DNA of 64,000 nt from Escherichia phage vB-Eco-KMB43. The stretch lies in sequence record OR525698.1; one strand, written 5' to 3'. This document shows, piece after piece, positions 26,799 to 34,732 of the stretch. The stretch's first letter is position 1. Each line of letters starts with the position of its first letter. The notes under the pieces were generated by a model that saw only the letters and a program-made list of their open reading frames with translations, made no database searches and was not told the DNA's origin. A program made the position numbers and the translations under genes.

Positions 26799-27002
26799 TT
26801 AACCGTATACGCGAAAGTATTCTACTGATCCGTCGCTATACTGTTTTACATTGAATGTATTCACACCATGATTATTTCTCATGATGACATATACACTGCG
26901 ACGTTCATCGCTAAACGGCATAACTGGCGCTGGTTCAATATCAACACTAAAACCACGTTTAGCAAGTGCTTCGCCTAATTGCTTGAGTTTATCGGTAAAC
27001 AT
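26799..27002 (-). CDS. hypothetical protein (67 aa)
   Basis: ORF coupled to pseT. Confidence 0.45.
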   Translation of the reverse strand: MFTDKLKQLGEALAKRGFSVDIEPAPVMPFSDERRSVYVIMRNNHGVNTFNVKQYSDGSVEYFRVYG

Positions 27003-27880
27003 TAAAAGTCTCCGTAGTTAACCTGAAAACATTCTACACCAATTGAGCGGTACATGTCAACCACTTGATCACGGTCATCTACCGCCAAAACAACATGATA
27101 ACGCGGTGCAATTTCAGAGAAGAAGATCTCTTTCTTCACTTCATGATCAGGACGACGATCATTAGTTTCACGTTGAAAGTGATCACTCGGTTCAATACCC
27201 TGTTCACGCAACCATTGCAGAGTATCTTCTTCGCAAACATCCTCACGCCCTGAGCATGTAATGATACGATAACCATTATCACGATACAGTTTAAGCATTT
27301 CGACCACTTGCGGACGAGGTTTATCTTCTTTGACCTTTGTCCAGTCAAACGGATGACGACCGCCCTTATCCGCTAATGTCCCATCAATATCAAAGATCAC
27401 TGCCTTTGGCAGCATGGTATTCGGTTTGTATACTTCTTGACCCATATATTCCTGCATCAGATAAAATTGGTTGCGCAAATGAGAAAGTGGAATTGCTTTC
27501 TCACCGCGATATAAATTACGTTTCTTTAGTGTCTCAAATGATTCATTGAACACTTGTTCAGTATACACCGCGTTAAATTCTTTTGCAAGTTCTTTGTAGA
27601 ATACACGATGTTTTTCTTTCAGGTTGGTATCGGAGATAATGATACTCAATCCGCGTGATAGAGTCTCACGAGCAATCATTCTCTGAATAGACTCTACCAG
27701 CTTTTCTTTTTCCTTAGTATACTTGTATTTCAAATGTGAGTCAACACCAAACAACATAAGACGAAGATCATCACGATTCACATTACGATAATTACTAAAC
27801 CGTTTACATGTTTCCATCGCCCATGTAGTTTTACCGGACCCAGAACAACCAACGGTTAAAATCACTTCACATTTCGGCAT
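27002..27880 (-). CDS. pseT: polynucleotide 5'-kinase / 3'-phosphatase
   Basis: P-loop GCSGSGKTTWA, HAD phosphatase motif VIFDIDGTLA, C-terminal IGVECFQV; start ATG 27880 with AAGGAGA RBS. Confidence 0.9.
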   Translation of the reverse strand: MPKCEVILTVGCSGSGKTTWAMETCKRFSNYRNVNRDDLRLMLFGVDSHLKYKYTKEKEKLVESIQRMIARETLSRGLSIIISDTNLKEKHRVFYKELAKEFNAVYTEQVFNESFETLKKRNLYRGEKAIPLSHLRNQFYLMQEYMGQEVYKPNTMLPKAVIFDIDGTLADKGGRHPFDWTKVKEDKPRPQVVEMLKLYRDNGYRIITCSGREDVCEEDTLQWLREQGIEPSDHFQRETNDRRPDHEVKKEIFFSEIAPRYHVVLAVDDRDQVVDMYRSIGVECFQVNYGDF

Positions 27881-28332
27881 TATTTCTCCTTCGGTTTGCA
27901 CCGTTCCTCATTAAGTTCTTTTCGATAATAACACATGATCAACTTACTTTCAAGTGTATATCTCTTAATATCCGCAAGCCAGACTCTGAATTTTTGGGAG
28001 TCCTCCCACGACATAGAAACTCTAGGTTTACCGTCTATTGTATCCACTTTCAGGTCAATGTCAACTTTTTCTATTGGTGCTGGTAGTGGAGGATGTAATT
28101 TCGGTTCCTGTGAATAATGGTCCATTGTACACGAAGAAAGCGCAAATACAATAGGCAAAGCGAAGACATGGATTATGGAGGTCTGAAAATTCTTATGTGC
28201 TTTCTTAAACATCCAGTGTATCACGAAAATTGAAAACACCATCAGGATAATAATGCTTGCACCTATCCACAGATAATCAACCAGATTAAAATTGCTTATC
28301 TGCTCTTGTGTAGGCAATATTTCTATGCTCAT
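27880..28332 (-). CDS. membrane/lipoprotein ORF, outer-membrane spanin candidate (lipobox FALSSC) with N-terminal TM extension
   Basis: Strong AGGAGG RBS, ATGA overlap with upstream gene; internal signal-like segment ending LSSC, proline-rich region. Confidence 0.4.
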   Translation of the reverse strand: MSIEILPTQEQISNFNLVDYLWIGASIIILMVFSIFVIHWMFKKAHKNFQTSIIHVFALPIVFALSSCTMDHYSQEPKLHPPLPAPIEKVDIDLKVDTIDGKPRVSMSWEDSQKFRVWLADIKRYTLESKLIMCYYRKELNEERCKPKEK

Positions 28333-28652
28333 TTAGTAGCCTCCTTTAATTCTTCGGTAAACTCCTTAAATGAATCATTAAGCTGTTTCTCTACCAACTT
28401 TGGTTTTTGTGCTACTACATAGCCTCGTGTAGCGTCTTTCATTGCTTTGTTTTGTTCTTCTGCAAACTTAGTTCTTATTCCGTACATCTCCTTTTGTAGT
28501 GAGTCTACGACCTTCATCTTTTCATCTGTCTTTTTCTTATACTCTGTAAATTCCTGATTCAGTCGATCTACCTCCTTTTTATTTTCCCACCACATATTAC
28601 CACCTACCCCTAGCAACACAGAGATGATAACAATGTATATCAGCTTTGACAT
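28329..28652 (-). CDS. inner-membrane spanin candidate (N-terminal TM plus coiled coil)
   Basis: MSKLIYIVIISVLLGVGG then charged helical region; adjacent to lipoprotein ORF. Confidence 0.45.
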   Translation of the reverse strand: MSKLIYIVIISVLLGVGGNMWWENKKEVDRLNQEFTEYKKKTDEKMKVVDSLQKEMYGIRTKFAEEQNKAMKDATRGYVVAQKPKLVEKQLNDSFKEFTEELKEATK

Positions 28653-28696
28653 ATTACCCCCAACGACAAAAGGCGGGGAACTAGCCCCGCTTATTA

Positions 28697-29866
28697 TTAC
28701 CAATCAATCTTATCAGCCGGAATAAGTTTCTTATAATTCCGTAGATAGTAAGTTTTCATTGAATCCAGAATACGGTCATAATCAAGACCATCAAATGCAA
28801 TCATCAGACACATGAAAATATATGCTTGTGCATCACCATGTTTACGTGATTCGATAGTCGCATTTGATGCATATGTCTTTCTGTCTTCTCCCGCGTGTGC
28901 GTTATAAAATTCTGTTGCTGTCGTGAAGGCATTGCGAAGAATAGACCTGAATGCTTCCTCGAATAGCTCGATTCGTTCCAGTGCTTCCGGTTCGCCTTCA
29001 TATGCAGCACGCAAATCATCGGTTTCGCTTTCTACGACATAGTAGATCAGGTTATTAGGAAACATCGATGTGTTTTTAATGTTATGCACACCAATATACC
29101 ATTCACTCTTCACTTTGAACATTTGACCGTCTTTAGTGCGTGCAACAATTCCTTCGATACCTTCTGCGGTCCGAACTTCATCAAGAATATTGCTAAAACG
29201 CGCTGAATCAACCTGTAACGCATTTACCAGATGAGGACGTAGGATTGCGTCAGAAAATAGCATTTGATGCGGTACGTACTCTCCTGTGACGTTATGGCGT
29301 ACATTCAGAAGTGTTAGCGACGGTTCAGAATATTCTACAACAATTCGGTTGCTGGGCGCTGTATATTCAAAGTTGAAAGTATAATCAGACCCAATATCAG
29401 CAATCTTAGCGCGTAGATCCGCATACTTCTCTGAATACAGAAGACCGTTTGCTCTCTCTGCCTGGCTTGAGTACAAGGCCGCTTTAGACTTCAACTGAAC
29501 ATAGCCGTTATCAATGTATGTGCTTACTAGACTACCGTCCATTTTGTCCATGACCATTTCCACATCTTCCGGCTTAAAGCGAGCGCGATCATTCTCACCC
29601 AAATTAAAAAACTTCTCCATAGGACGAGATGCGATGCGGACCGGACGACCTTTATCGTCAATTTCAAACATGATCCCGCGACACTCTAACGCATCTGGTT
29701 TATTCCACATTTCCGGTTTGCTCAAGTACAGATAACTAAAAATGCGCATACGGGTTTGCATCGCCGTAATTTCATCTTTGTAATAGAACGTATCAGATCC
29801 GTCACATAGTGCCATCAGATTTTTGAACAATGCTAAAACTTTTTTGTTGTTTTCTTTTGTTGACAT
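28697..29866 (-). CDS. rnlA: RNA ligase 1
   Basis: Similarity to T4 Rnl1 (RIFSY, DALECRGIMFE, VRIASRPMEKFFNL, KxDGSLVS adenylation lysine). Confidence 0.85.
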   Translation of the reverse strand: MSTKENNKKVLALFKNLMALCDGSDTFYYKDEITAMQTRMRIFSYLYLSKPEMWNKPDALECRGIMFEIDDKGRPVRIASRPMEKFFNLGENDRARFKPEDVEMVMDKMDGSLVSTYIDNGYVQLKSKAALYSSQAERANGLLYSEKYADLRAKIADIGSDYTFNFEYTAPSNRIVVEYSEPSLTLLNVRHNVTGEYVPHQMLFSDAILRPHLVNALQVDSARFSNILDEVRTAEGIEGIVARTKDGQMFKVKSEWYIGVHNIKNTSMFPNNLIYYVVESETDDLRAAYEGEPEALERIELFEEAFRSILRNAFTTATEFYNAHAGEDRKTYASNATIESRKHGDAQAYIFMCLMIAFDGLDYDRILDSMKTYYLRNYKKLIPADKIDW

Positions 29867-30263
29867 AATTTGTGTTCCATTCTGGTTTAAATTTGGTGAT
29901 CAAAACAGGTTCTTCGATATCGGCAGTGCTTATAATATCCTTACCCGTTGGATTCTCGATGTACAACTCAAAGCACTGTCGGTAATAGAATGTTACTGTC
30001 TTACCTTCCTCTAGCGCCTTATGAATATTCTTACTCTTGCGAGTATCCGCTGTTGGTGTTTGTCTGTTAATGCTAGTCCGGTAATAATTGATCCGCTTTC
30101 TGAGATTGACAGTCTGACCAATATATACCAGTTCATCATCAACAACAATAGCGTAAAGAACATTTAAACGGTTCTTCTGAGGCGGCAGAATCACATCACC
30201 ATCTTTACACTCTAAACATGAATATTTAACGAATCCATAGTTTTCTATTAGCTCATTAATCAT
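29802..30263 (-). CDS. denA: GIY-YIG endonuclease, DenA (endonuclease II)-like
   Basis: GIY-YIG motif LYAIVVDDELVYIGQT...LRKRINYY; position between rnlA and nrdB as T4 denA; 3' end overlaps rnlA start by ~65 nt. Confidence 0.6.
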   Translation of the reverse strand: MINELIENYGFVKYSCLECKDGDVILPPQKNRLNVLYAIVVDDELVYIGQTVNLRKRINYYRTSINRQTPTADTRKSKNIHKALEEGKTVTFYYRQCFELYIENPTGKDIISTADIEEPVLITKFKPEWNTNYVNKRKQQKSFSIVQKSDGTM

Positions 30264-30313
30264 TATCCTTTCCTCACGTCACAACAAAGGCGGGATTTCT
30301 CCCGCCCGCCTTA

Positions 30314-30712
30314 TTAACTTTCCAGAATATCGCGAGCTTCGTTACGCTCCTTGATGATTTTCAGGACAAATTCCAGTTTTTCTTTGTTCAGTGTTCCGTT
30401 TTCCATTGCTTCTTTGACGGTAAACACTCCGCCACCTTGCCCGTATACAGTGACAGTGATTTCACCTAACATCGTGGTATGAAAACCGCCAATTTTCGGT
30501 GATTCGAAAGAAACAATTACCTCGCGAACAGTATTACCGTCGTTGATTTCTGAGAGGGTAATGTCGTTTTTGTAGGCGGTTGCTTTAACCATACGGATCA
30601 ACATAGTCTGATCTGGTGAGATGGTCATTTTGTCCATTGCATGTTGCAATGCAGCGTAACCGAAAACTTTAACGAAGTCCAGAACATCTTTGCGAGTTTG
30701 AAATTTAATCAT
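30314..30712 (-). CDS. hypothetical protein (132 aa)
   Basis: ORF behind PeSL with hairpin terminator downstream. Confidence 0.5.
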   Translation of the reverse strand: MIKFQTRKDVLDFVKVFGYAALQHAMDKMTISPDQTMLIRMVKATAYKNDITLSEINDGNTVREVIVSFESPKIGGFHTTMLGEITVTVYGQGGGVFTVKEAMENGTLNKEKLEFVLKIIKERNEARDILES

Positions 30713-30745
30713 CTTGATACTCCTTAGTTGTTTTGGTATGGGAGT

Positions 30746-30774
30746 ATCTTACTACTCCCGTGATATGCTGTCAA
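30746..30774 (-). promoter_or_regulatory. PeSL early promoter (stem GGGAGTAG/ATACTCCC)
   Basis: TTGACA, palindrome overlapping -10 TAAGAT. Confidence 0.5.
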
Positions 30775-30782
30775 CTGCTTTT

Positions 30783-30932
30783 TTATGCAACCGCAAACAT
30801 CAACATTTGAACATTCTTGGCTGTCTGGCTTTCAAAGTTCTGACATTCTTTGATAATGTCCTCTACTTTCTCGCCGGAGATCTCCGCGTAAGTTTCGATT
30901 GCCATTTTCAGTACCGCGTCAAAGTTGTTCAT
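30783..30932 (-). CDS. hypothetical small protein (49 aa)
   Basis: ATG 30932 behind PeSL and GGAGAATCAA leader. Confidence 0.35.
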   Translation of the reverse strand: MNNFDAVLKMAIETYAEISGEKVEDIIKECQNFESQTAKNVQMLMFAVA

Positions 30933-30970
30933 TTGATTCTCCTTAAAGTTTATTTCGTTTCGATGGGGGT

Positions 30971-30999
30971 ATATTAATACCCCCGTTATTCAGTGTCAA
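30971..30999 (-). promoter_or_regulatory. PeSL early promoter (stem GGGGGTAT/ATACCCCC)
   Basis: TTGACA-17-TAATAT with palindrome. Confidence 0.55.
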
Positions 31000-31218
31000 C
31001 TACTTTTTAATGACAATTTCGAATTTTGCTACCTTGCGTCCTCGTTTATTGAAAGCAACCCACGGACGGTTTTCAATATAGAACAATTCTTCGCCAATAA
31101 TGAATACTGGCTGATTGTAAAGGCGACCCATCAGGTCACGCTGGCGAATGGTAGTAGATTCGTATACTTCGCCTACTACAAAGTGTTTGCTGATAGAGTC
31201 GGTGCAAGTAAATTTCAT
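31000..31218 (-). CDS. hypothetical protein (72 aa), VAKFEI-motif pair with 59495-59701
   Basis: C-terminal KVAKFEIVIKK shared with a paralog; PeSL upstream. Confidence 0.5.
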   Translation of the reverse strand: MKFTCTDSISKHFVVGEVYESTTIRQRDLMGRLYNQPVFIIGEELFYIENRPWVAFNKRGRKVAKFEIVIKK

Positions 31219-31251
31219 TTTGATTCTCCTTTGTTTCGTTTCGATGGGAGT

Positions 31252-31280
31252 ATCTTACTACCCCCGTTATTCAGTGTCAA
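31252..31280 (-). promoter_or_regulatory. PeSL early promoter
   Basis: TTGACA-17-TAAGAT with imperfect palindrome. Confidence 0.5.
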
Positions 31281-31287
31281 CTACTTT

Positions 31288-31506
31288 TTACTTGTTGTAT
31301 TCATTCCACCATTGGGTGAGCTTATCAATTATTTTTGTGTTTCTATCCAACTTATCCCACCGTTTTCGAGGGTTTATCAACCGTAATAGGTAAGGTGTAC
31401 TTGTTAAGTGAACTCGGTCAATATAGTGATTGATGTACTGCTTTTCGATTCTAAGTTTCATCTTTTTACGATGAAAATATGCAATGACTTGTTCTTCTGT
31501 TTCCAT
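31288..31506 (-). CDS. hypothetical protein (72 aa)
   Basis: ORF behind PeSL. Confidence 0.5.
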   Translation of the reverse strand: METEEQVIAYFHRKKMKLRIEKQYINHYIDRVHLTSTPYLLRLINPRKRWDKLDRNTKIIDKLTQWWNEYNK

Positions 31507-31529
31507 ATGTTCCTCCGTTTCGATGTGCG

Positions 31530-31559
31530 TATTATGCTATGGCAAGATCAGATTGTCAA
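31530..31559 (-). promoter_or_regulatory. early promoter (TTGACA-17-CATAAT)
   Basis: Hexamers upstream of 31288-31506 ORF. Confidence 0.5.
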
Positions 31560-31570
31560 CACCCAATAAC

Positions 31571-31596
31571 AAAAAAGTCGCCACTATGGGCGACTT
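31571..31596 (-). terminator. terminator
   Basis: Hairpin AGTCGCC-ACTATG-GGCGACT with A-run. Confidence 0.55.
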
Positions 31597-31606
31597 TGAA
31601 CAAACA

Positions 31607-32083
31607 TTAATCATGACCGTGATTTGCAATATCCGCTCGCGTCTTATCTTTGTGATTTCCTACGTCAAAGACACGATAACCATTTTCACGCAAAACTTTA
31701 ATCACTTCTGGGTTATCCTCAAAGACTCCGACAACTTCATCTTTATCAAAGGATTTAATTACCTCTAATTTGATGTGATAGTCTTTACGGGAATCGGTAC
31801 GGCCTCTCATAAAGATTTTATCAAAACACACCCCGTTAGAAATTAACCAATCAATTGTTTCCATGTAAGCATGTGAACTTCGTCCTGTGAGGATGTAAAT
31901 CAAATGCCCGTTGTCGGAAAGAGCATTAATAACACGAATTACATCGTAAATGGGGGAATCTCCCCCACATGCTTTGTTATATTCGATCCATGACTCGACT
32001 TTATCAAGATTTTCGGTTGGCATCTTTGCTAGTCGATGCGTTGGATCTGTGATCGTAAAATCTAAATCGACAAAATATATCAT
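31607..32083 (-). CDS. HAD-superfamily phosphatase-like protein
   Basis: N-terminal DxDxT motif (FVDLDFTITD); overlaps nrdB stop. Confidence 0.5.
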   Translation of the reverse strand: MIYFVDLDFTITDPTHRLAKMPTENLDKVESWIEYNKACGGDSPIYDVIRVINALSDNGHLIYILTGRSSHAYMETIDWLISNGVCFDKIFMRGRTDSRKDYHIKLEVIKSFDKDEVVGVFEDNPEVIKVLRENGYRVFDVGNHKDKTRADIANHGHD

Positions 32084-33243
32084 AGATATTTCCCGAATCG
32101 GTTGTAGTCATCGTCTGTTAAATCGGTATTAACCTGAGATACCAGATACATAATCTCTACTTCTTGCGCTGCATTCTGTACTTCGTCAGAGTTTAACCAC
32201 TTACGCATCCACGGTAAAGGATGACGACGAACACTAAACGGGCTTTTCAGTCCGACAGCACGCATACGGGAATCTGCCAGGTATTCTACATAAGTTTTCA
32301 GAATTTCCGGTGACAATCCAGGAATTGACCCCATTGCGAATAGGTGGTCTACCCATTCTTTTTCTTGCTCGACAACATCCAGAAAGATTTTCGTTGCTTC
32401 GCCTTCAAGTTCTTCCGCAATCTGTTTCCACTCATCACCATCAGCCCCCGTTTGCCATTGACGAATAATGTATTGTGTGCCTTTTAAGTGAAGTTGTTCA
32501 TCACGCGCAATAAATTTCATGATCTTCGCGTTACCTTCCAGTAAACCACGTTCGGCAAAGCTGAAAGTACATGCAAAGGACACATAAAAACGGATTGCCT
32601 CCAGTGCATTAACGCAATGCATACACAGATAGAGTGATTCCATCAGATTGCGTTTAGTTTCTTCCACGTACGAAATGCTATCAGAATATGCATCAAGGTC
32701 AAATTCATTTTCAGAAGAACGACTAAAACTTTCTTTAGCGTCCTCGTATTCACGGATTTTCACCAGAACATCATCATAATATTTCCCGATAGATTCCGCT
32801 CGCTTCATGATAGCAGGGTTATCGATGATCTGGTCGAACTCACTAGCCGGATCAATGAAACAGTTACGCATAATGTGTGTATAGCTTCGGCTATGAATCG
32901 TTTCGCTGAATGTCCATGTTTGCAACCATGTATCGAGAGTTGGATCAGATACAATTGGACCAAATGCTGCGGACGGTGCGCGACCTTGAATAGAATCAAG
33001 TAATGTCTGATACTTCAAGTTTTCGGTAAAGAAACGCTTTTCAACGTCACCCATATTAAGATATTGAATGCGGTCGGTTGCAAGTGAAATCTCTTCTGGA
33101 CGCCAGAAAAATGACAATTGCTTTTCGATCAGTTCTTCAAATACTTGATGACGCTGAATATCATAGCGAGCGATACCCAACCCACTACCCAGAAACATCG
33201 GTTCGTTCATAATATCAACATGTTCGCGGTTAAATACGCTCAT
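32080..33243 (-). CDS. nrdB: ribonucleotide reductase class Ia beta subunit (uninterrupted, no intron)
   Basis: 387 aa, di-iron site helices (ARDEQLH), C-terminal NrdA-binding tail. Confidence 0.9.
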   Translation of the reverse strand: MSVFNREHVDIMNEPMFLGSGLGIARYDIQRHQVFEELIEKQLSFFWRPEEISLATDRIQYLNMGDVEKRFFTENLKYQTLLDSIQGRAPSAAFGPIVSDPTLDTWLQTWTFSETIHSRSYTHIMRNCFIDPASEFDQIIDNPAIMKRAESIGKYYDDVLVKIREYEDAKESFSRSSENEFDLDAYSDSISYVEETKRNLMESLYLCMHCVNALEAIRFYVSFACTFSFAERGLLEGNAKIMKFIARDEQLHLKGTQYIIRQWQTGADGDEWKQIAEELEGEATKIFLDVVEQEKEWVDHLFAMGSIPGLSPEILKTYVEYLADSRMRAVGLKSPFSVRRHPLPWMRKWLNSDEVQNAAQEVEIMYLVSQVNTDLTDDDYNRFGKYL

Positions 33244-33258
33244 TAATTCACCTCACTA

Positions 33259-33426
33259 TCACTTTTTAACACAAAAGAACTTAGTATTTCTGTTTATTTC
33301 GCTATCCTGCTGCAATTCCTGCACAGCTTCAAAACAATTTTGATATGATGAAAACTCTACGCTGGTAACAGTTCCTTTATTATATACGCCTACGCTAACG
33401 GAAAGCAATAACCATAATGTAGCCAT
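33259..33426 (-). CDS. hypothetical small protein (55 aa), signal-like N-terminus, tandem paralog
   Basis: MATLWLLLSVSVG...; TAATG overlap with upstream ORF. Confidence 0.4.
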   Translation of the reverse strand: MATLWLLLSVSVGVYNKGTVTSVEFSSYQNCFEAVQELQQDSEINRNTKFFCVKK

Positions 33427-33599
33427 TAGTTCACCTTTTGTTTTTCAACGCAATATAGATTCATAAAGCGTTTATTGTCTTCGCGGATAATCTCGCGAGC
33501 TTTAACGCAATCCTGCTTTGTTGCAAACTCAATGCTTGACATATTTCCGTAATTATACATTGAATTGCTTATTGCAATCAATAACCATACAGTAGCCAT
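33426..33599 (-). CDS. hypothetical small protein (57 aa), signal-like N-terminus, tandem paralog
   Basis: MATVWLLIAISNS...; AAGGTGA RBS; TAATG overlap. Confidence 0.4.
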   Translation of the reverse strand: MATVWLLIAISNSMYNYGNMSSIEFATKQDCVKAREIIREDNKRFMNLYCVEKQKVN

Positions 33600-33766
33600 T
33601 ATCCGACAACCTCAAAACATTTATCATCAGGAAGAATCGCCCATTCTACACCGTATTCATCCTCAACGTAGTAGCAAGTCCCATCATGTCGAGCATCATA
33701 TTCATCACCAACAACAAAGCTATCAGCTAGTTCAAAATCTACAGCAACACATTTTAATTTGGTCAT
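33599..33766 (-). CDS. hypothetical small acidic protein (55 aa)
   Basis: ATG 33766 with GAGGA RBS behind PeSL. Confidence 0.4.
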   Translation of the reverse strand: MTKLKCVAVDFELADSFVVGDEYDARHDGTCYYVEDEYGVEWAILPDDKCFEVVG

Positions 33767-33797
33767 AATAAAATCCTCACTTGTTTTTGATGGTTGT

Positions 33798-33826
33798 ATT
33801 ATAGCGGGGATTTCTCCCCGCGTCAA
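33798..33826 (-). promoter_or_regulatory. PeSL early promoter (TTGACG-CGGGGAGAAATCCCCGC-TATAAT), downstream flank of MTase cassette
   Basis: Core identical to the copy at 34696-34724. Confidence 0.65.
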
Positions 33827-34674
33827 CAGCTATTTGACAATCCATCGCAAGCATCAATGTAAGCACCTACAAAACTTTCTATAAAAAGTGCTCCGACTTG
33901 AGGAACTATCGCATTGCCATAACCGCGCAATCGTCCCATTGTTGAGGATACCCCATCAGCCAACAAGGGAATCGTGGGTTCAACAATTCGTTTTTTCCCG
34001 TCTCTGCATAGATACTCTGTTCCACTGTCCCAAAACCGTAATACATCTTCACTTGTTCTGATAAATTTCCCGGCGCTAGTGATTTCCTCCCCGTTGCAAG
34101 TCTCGCTTCCATTCTCCGTTGCATTGCTTCCGGCGATCTTGCTGATATATTCGTTACAGTAGGTGTTTGCCAACTCGTTAATAGCCCCGAAGAAAAGTCT
34201 GTCCCGCTTGTGCGGCGCACCGACGATATCACATGATAATACCGCAGCCCCGACACTGTAACCTTCTCTTTCCAATTCCTCGTGAAGATCATCCAACCAC
34301 CCCGTTTCGATAGCTTTTGCAACCTGTTCCCCAAAGAGCATTGGAGGTTTGCACGCTGACACGAGTTTAAGAAATGTCGGTGCAAGGTGTCTTTCGTCGA
34401 ACTTTCCTTTTTGCTTTCCGGCTCTTGAAAATGGTTGACATGGTGGCGATCCGGTCCATAGCCTTGTTGTTTCTGGTACTCCAGCGAGTTGCAATGCTCT
34501 TGACCACCCCCCAATCCCCGCGAAGAAGTGACATTGTGTAAATCCTTCCAGATCTCTAGGGGTGACTTCTGTAATTGATCTTTCATCGACATACCCATAA
34601 GGAATTAATTTGTTTGCTATAAGTTCACGTAACCAGTTAGCCGCGCCTTTATCCCACTCATTGTAATAATTCAT
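33823..34674 (-). CDS. DNA (cytosine-5)-methyltransferase, compact (283 aa)
   Basis: Motif I FFAGIGG, motif IV GSPPCQPFSRAG, C-terminal GNAIVPQV; GC-rich versus flanks; identical PeSL copies on both sides. Confidence 0.8.
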   Translation of the reverse strand: MNYYNEWDKGAANWLRELIANKLIPYGYVDERSITEVTPRDLEGFTQCHFFAGIGGWSRALQLAGVPETTRLWTGSPPCQPFSRAGKQKGKFDERHLAPTFLKLVSACKPPMLFGEQVAKAIETGWLDDLHEELEREGYSVGAAVLSCDIVGAPHKRDRLFFGAINELANTYCNEYISKIAGSNATENGSETCNGEEITSAGKFIRTSEDVLRFWDSGTEYLCRDGKKRIVEPTIPLLADGVSSTMGRLRGYGNAIVPQVGALFIESFVGAYIDACDGLSNSC

Positions 34675-34695
34675 TCTTACAATTCACCTCACATT

Positions 34696-34724
34696 ATTAT
34701 AGCGGGGATTTCTCCCCGCGTCAA
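34696..34724 (-). promoter_or_regulatory. PeSL early promoter (TTGACG-CGGGGAGAAATCCCCGC-TATAAT), upstream flank of MTase cassette
   Basis: Core identical to the copy at 33798-33826; overlaps nrdA stop. Confidence 0.65.
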
Positions 34725-34732
34725 CAGTTATT

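Noticed and set aside
33906-34598. 230 aa ORF overlapping the C5-MTase gene in another frame on the same strand
   Set aside because: The MTase frame has the conserved motifs; the overlapping frame is open only because the region is GC-rich
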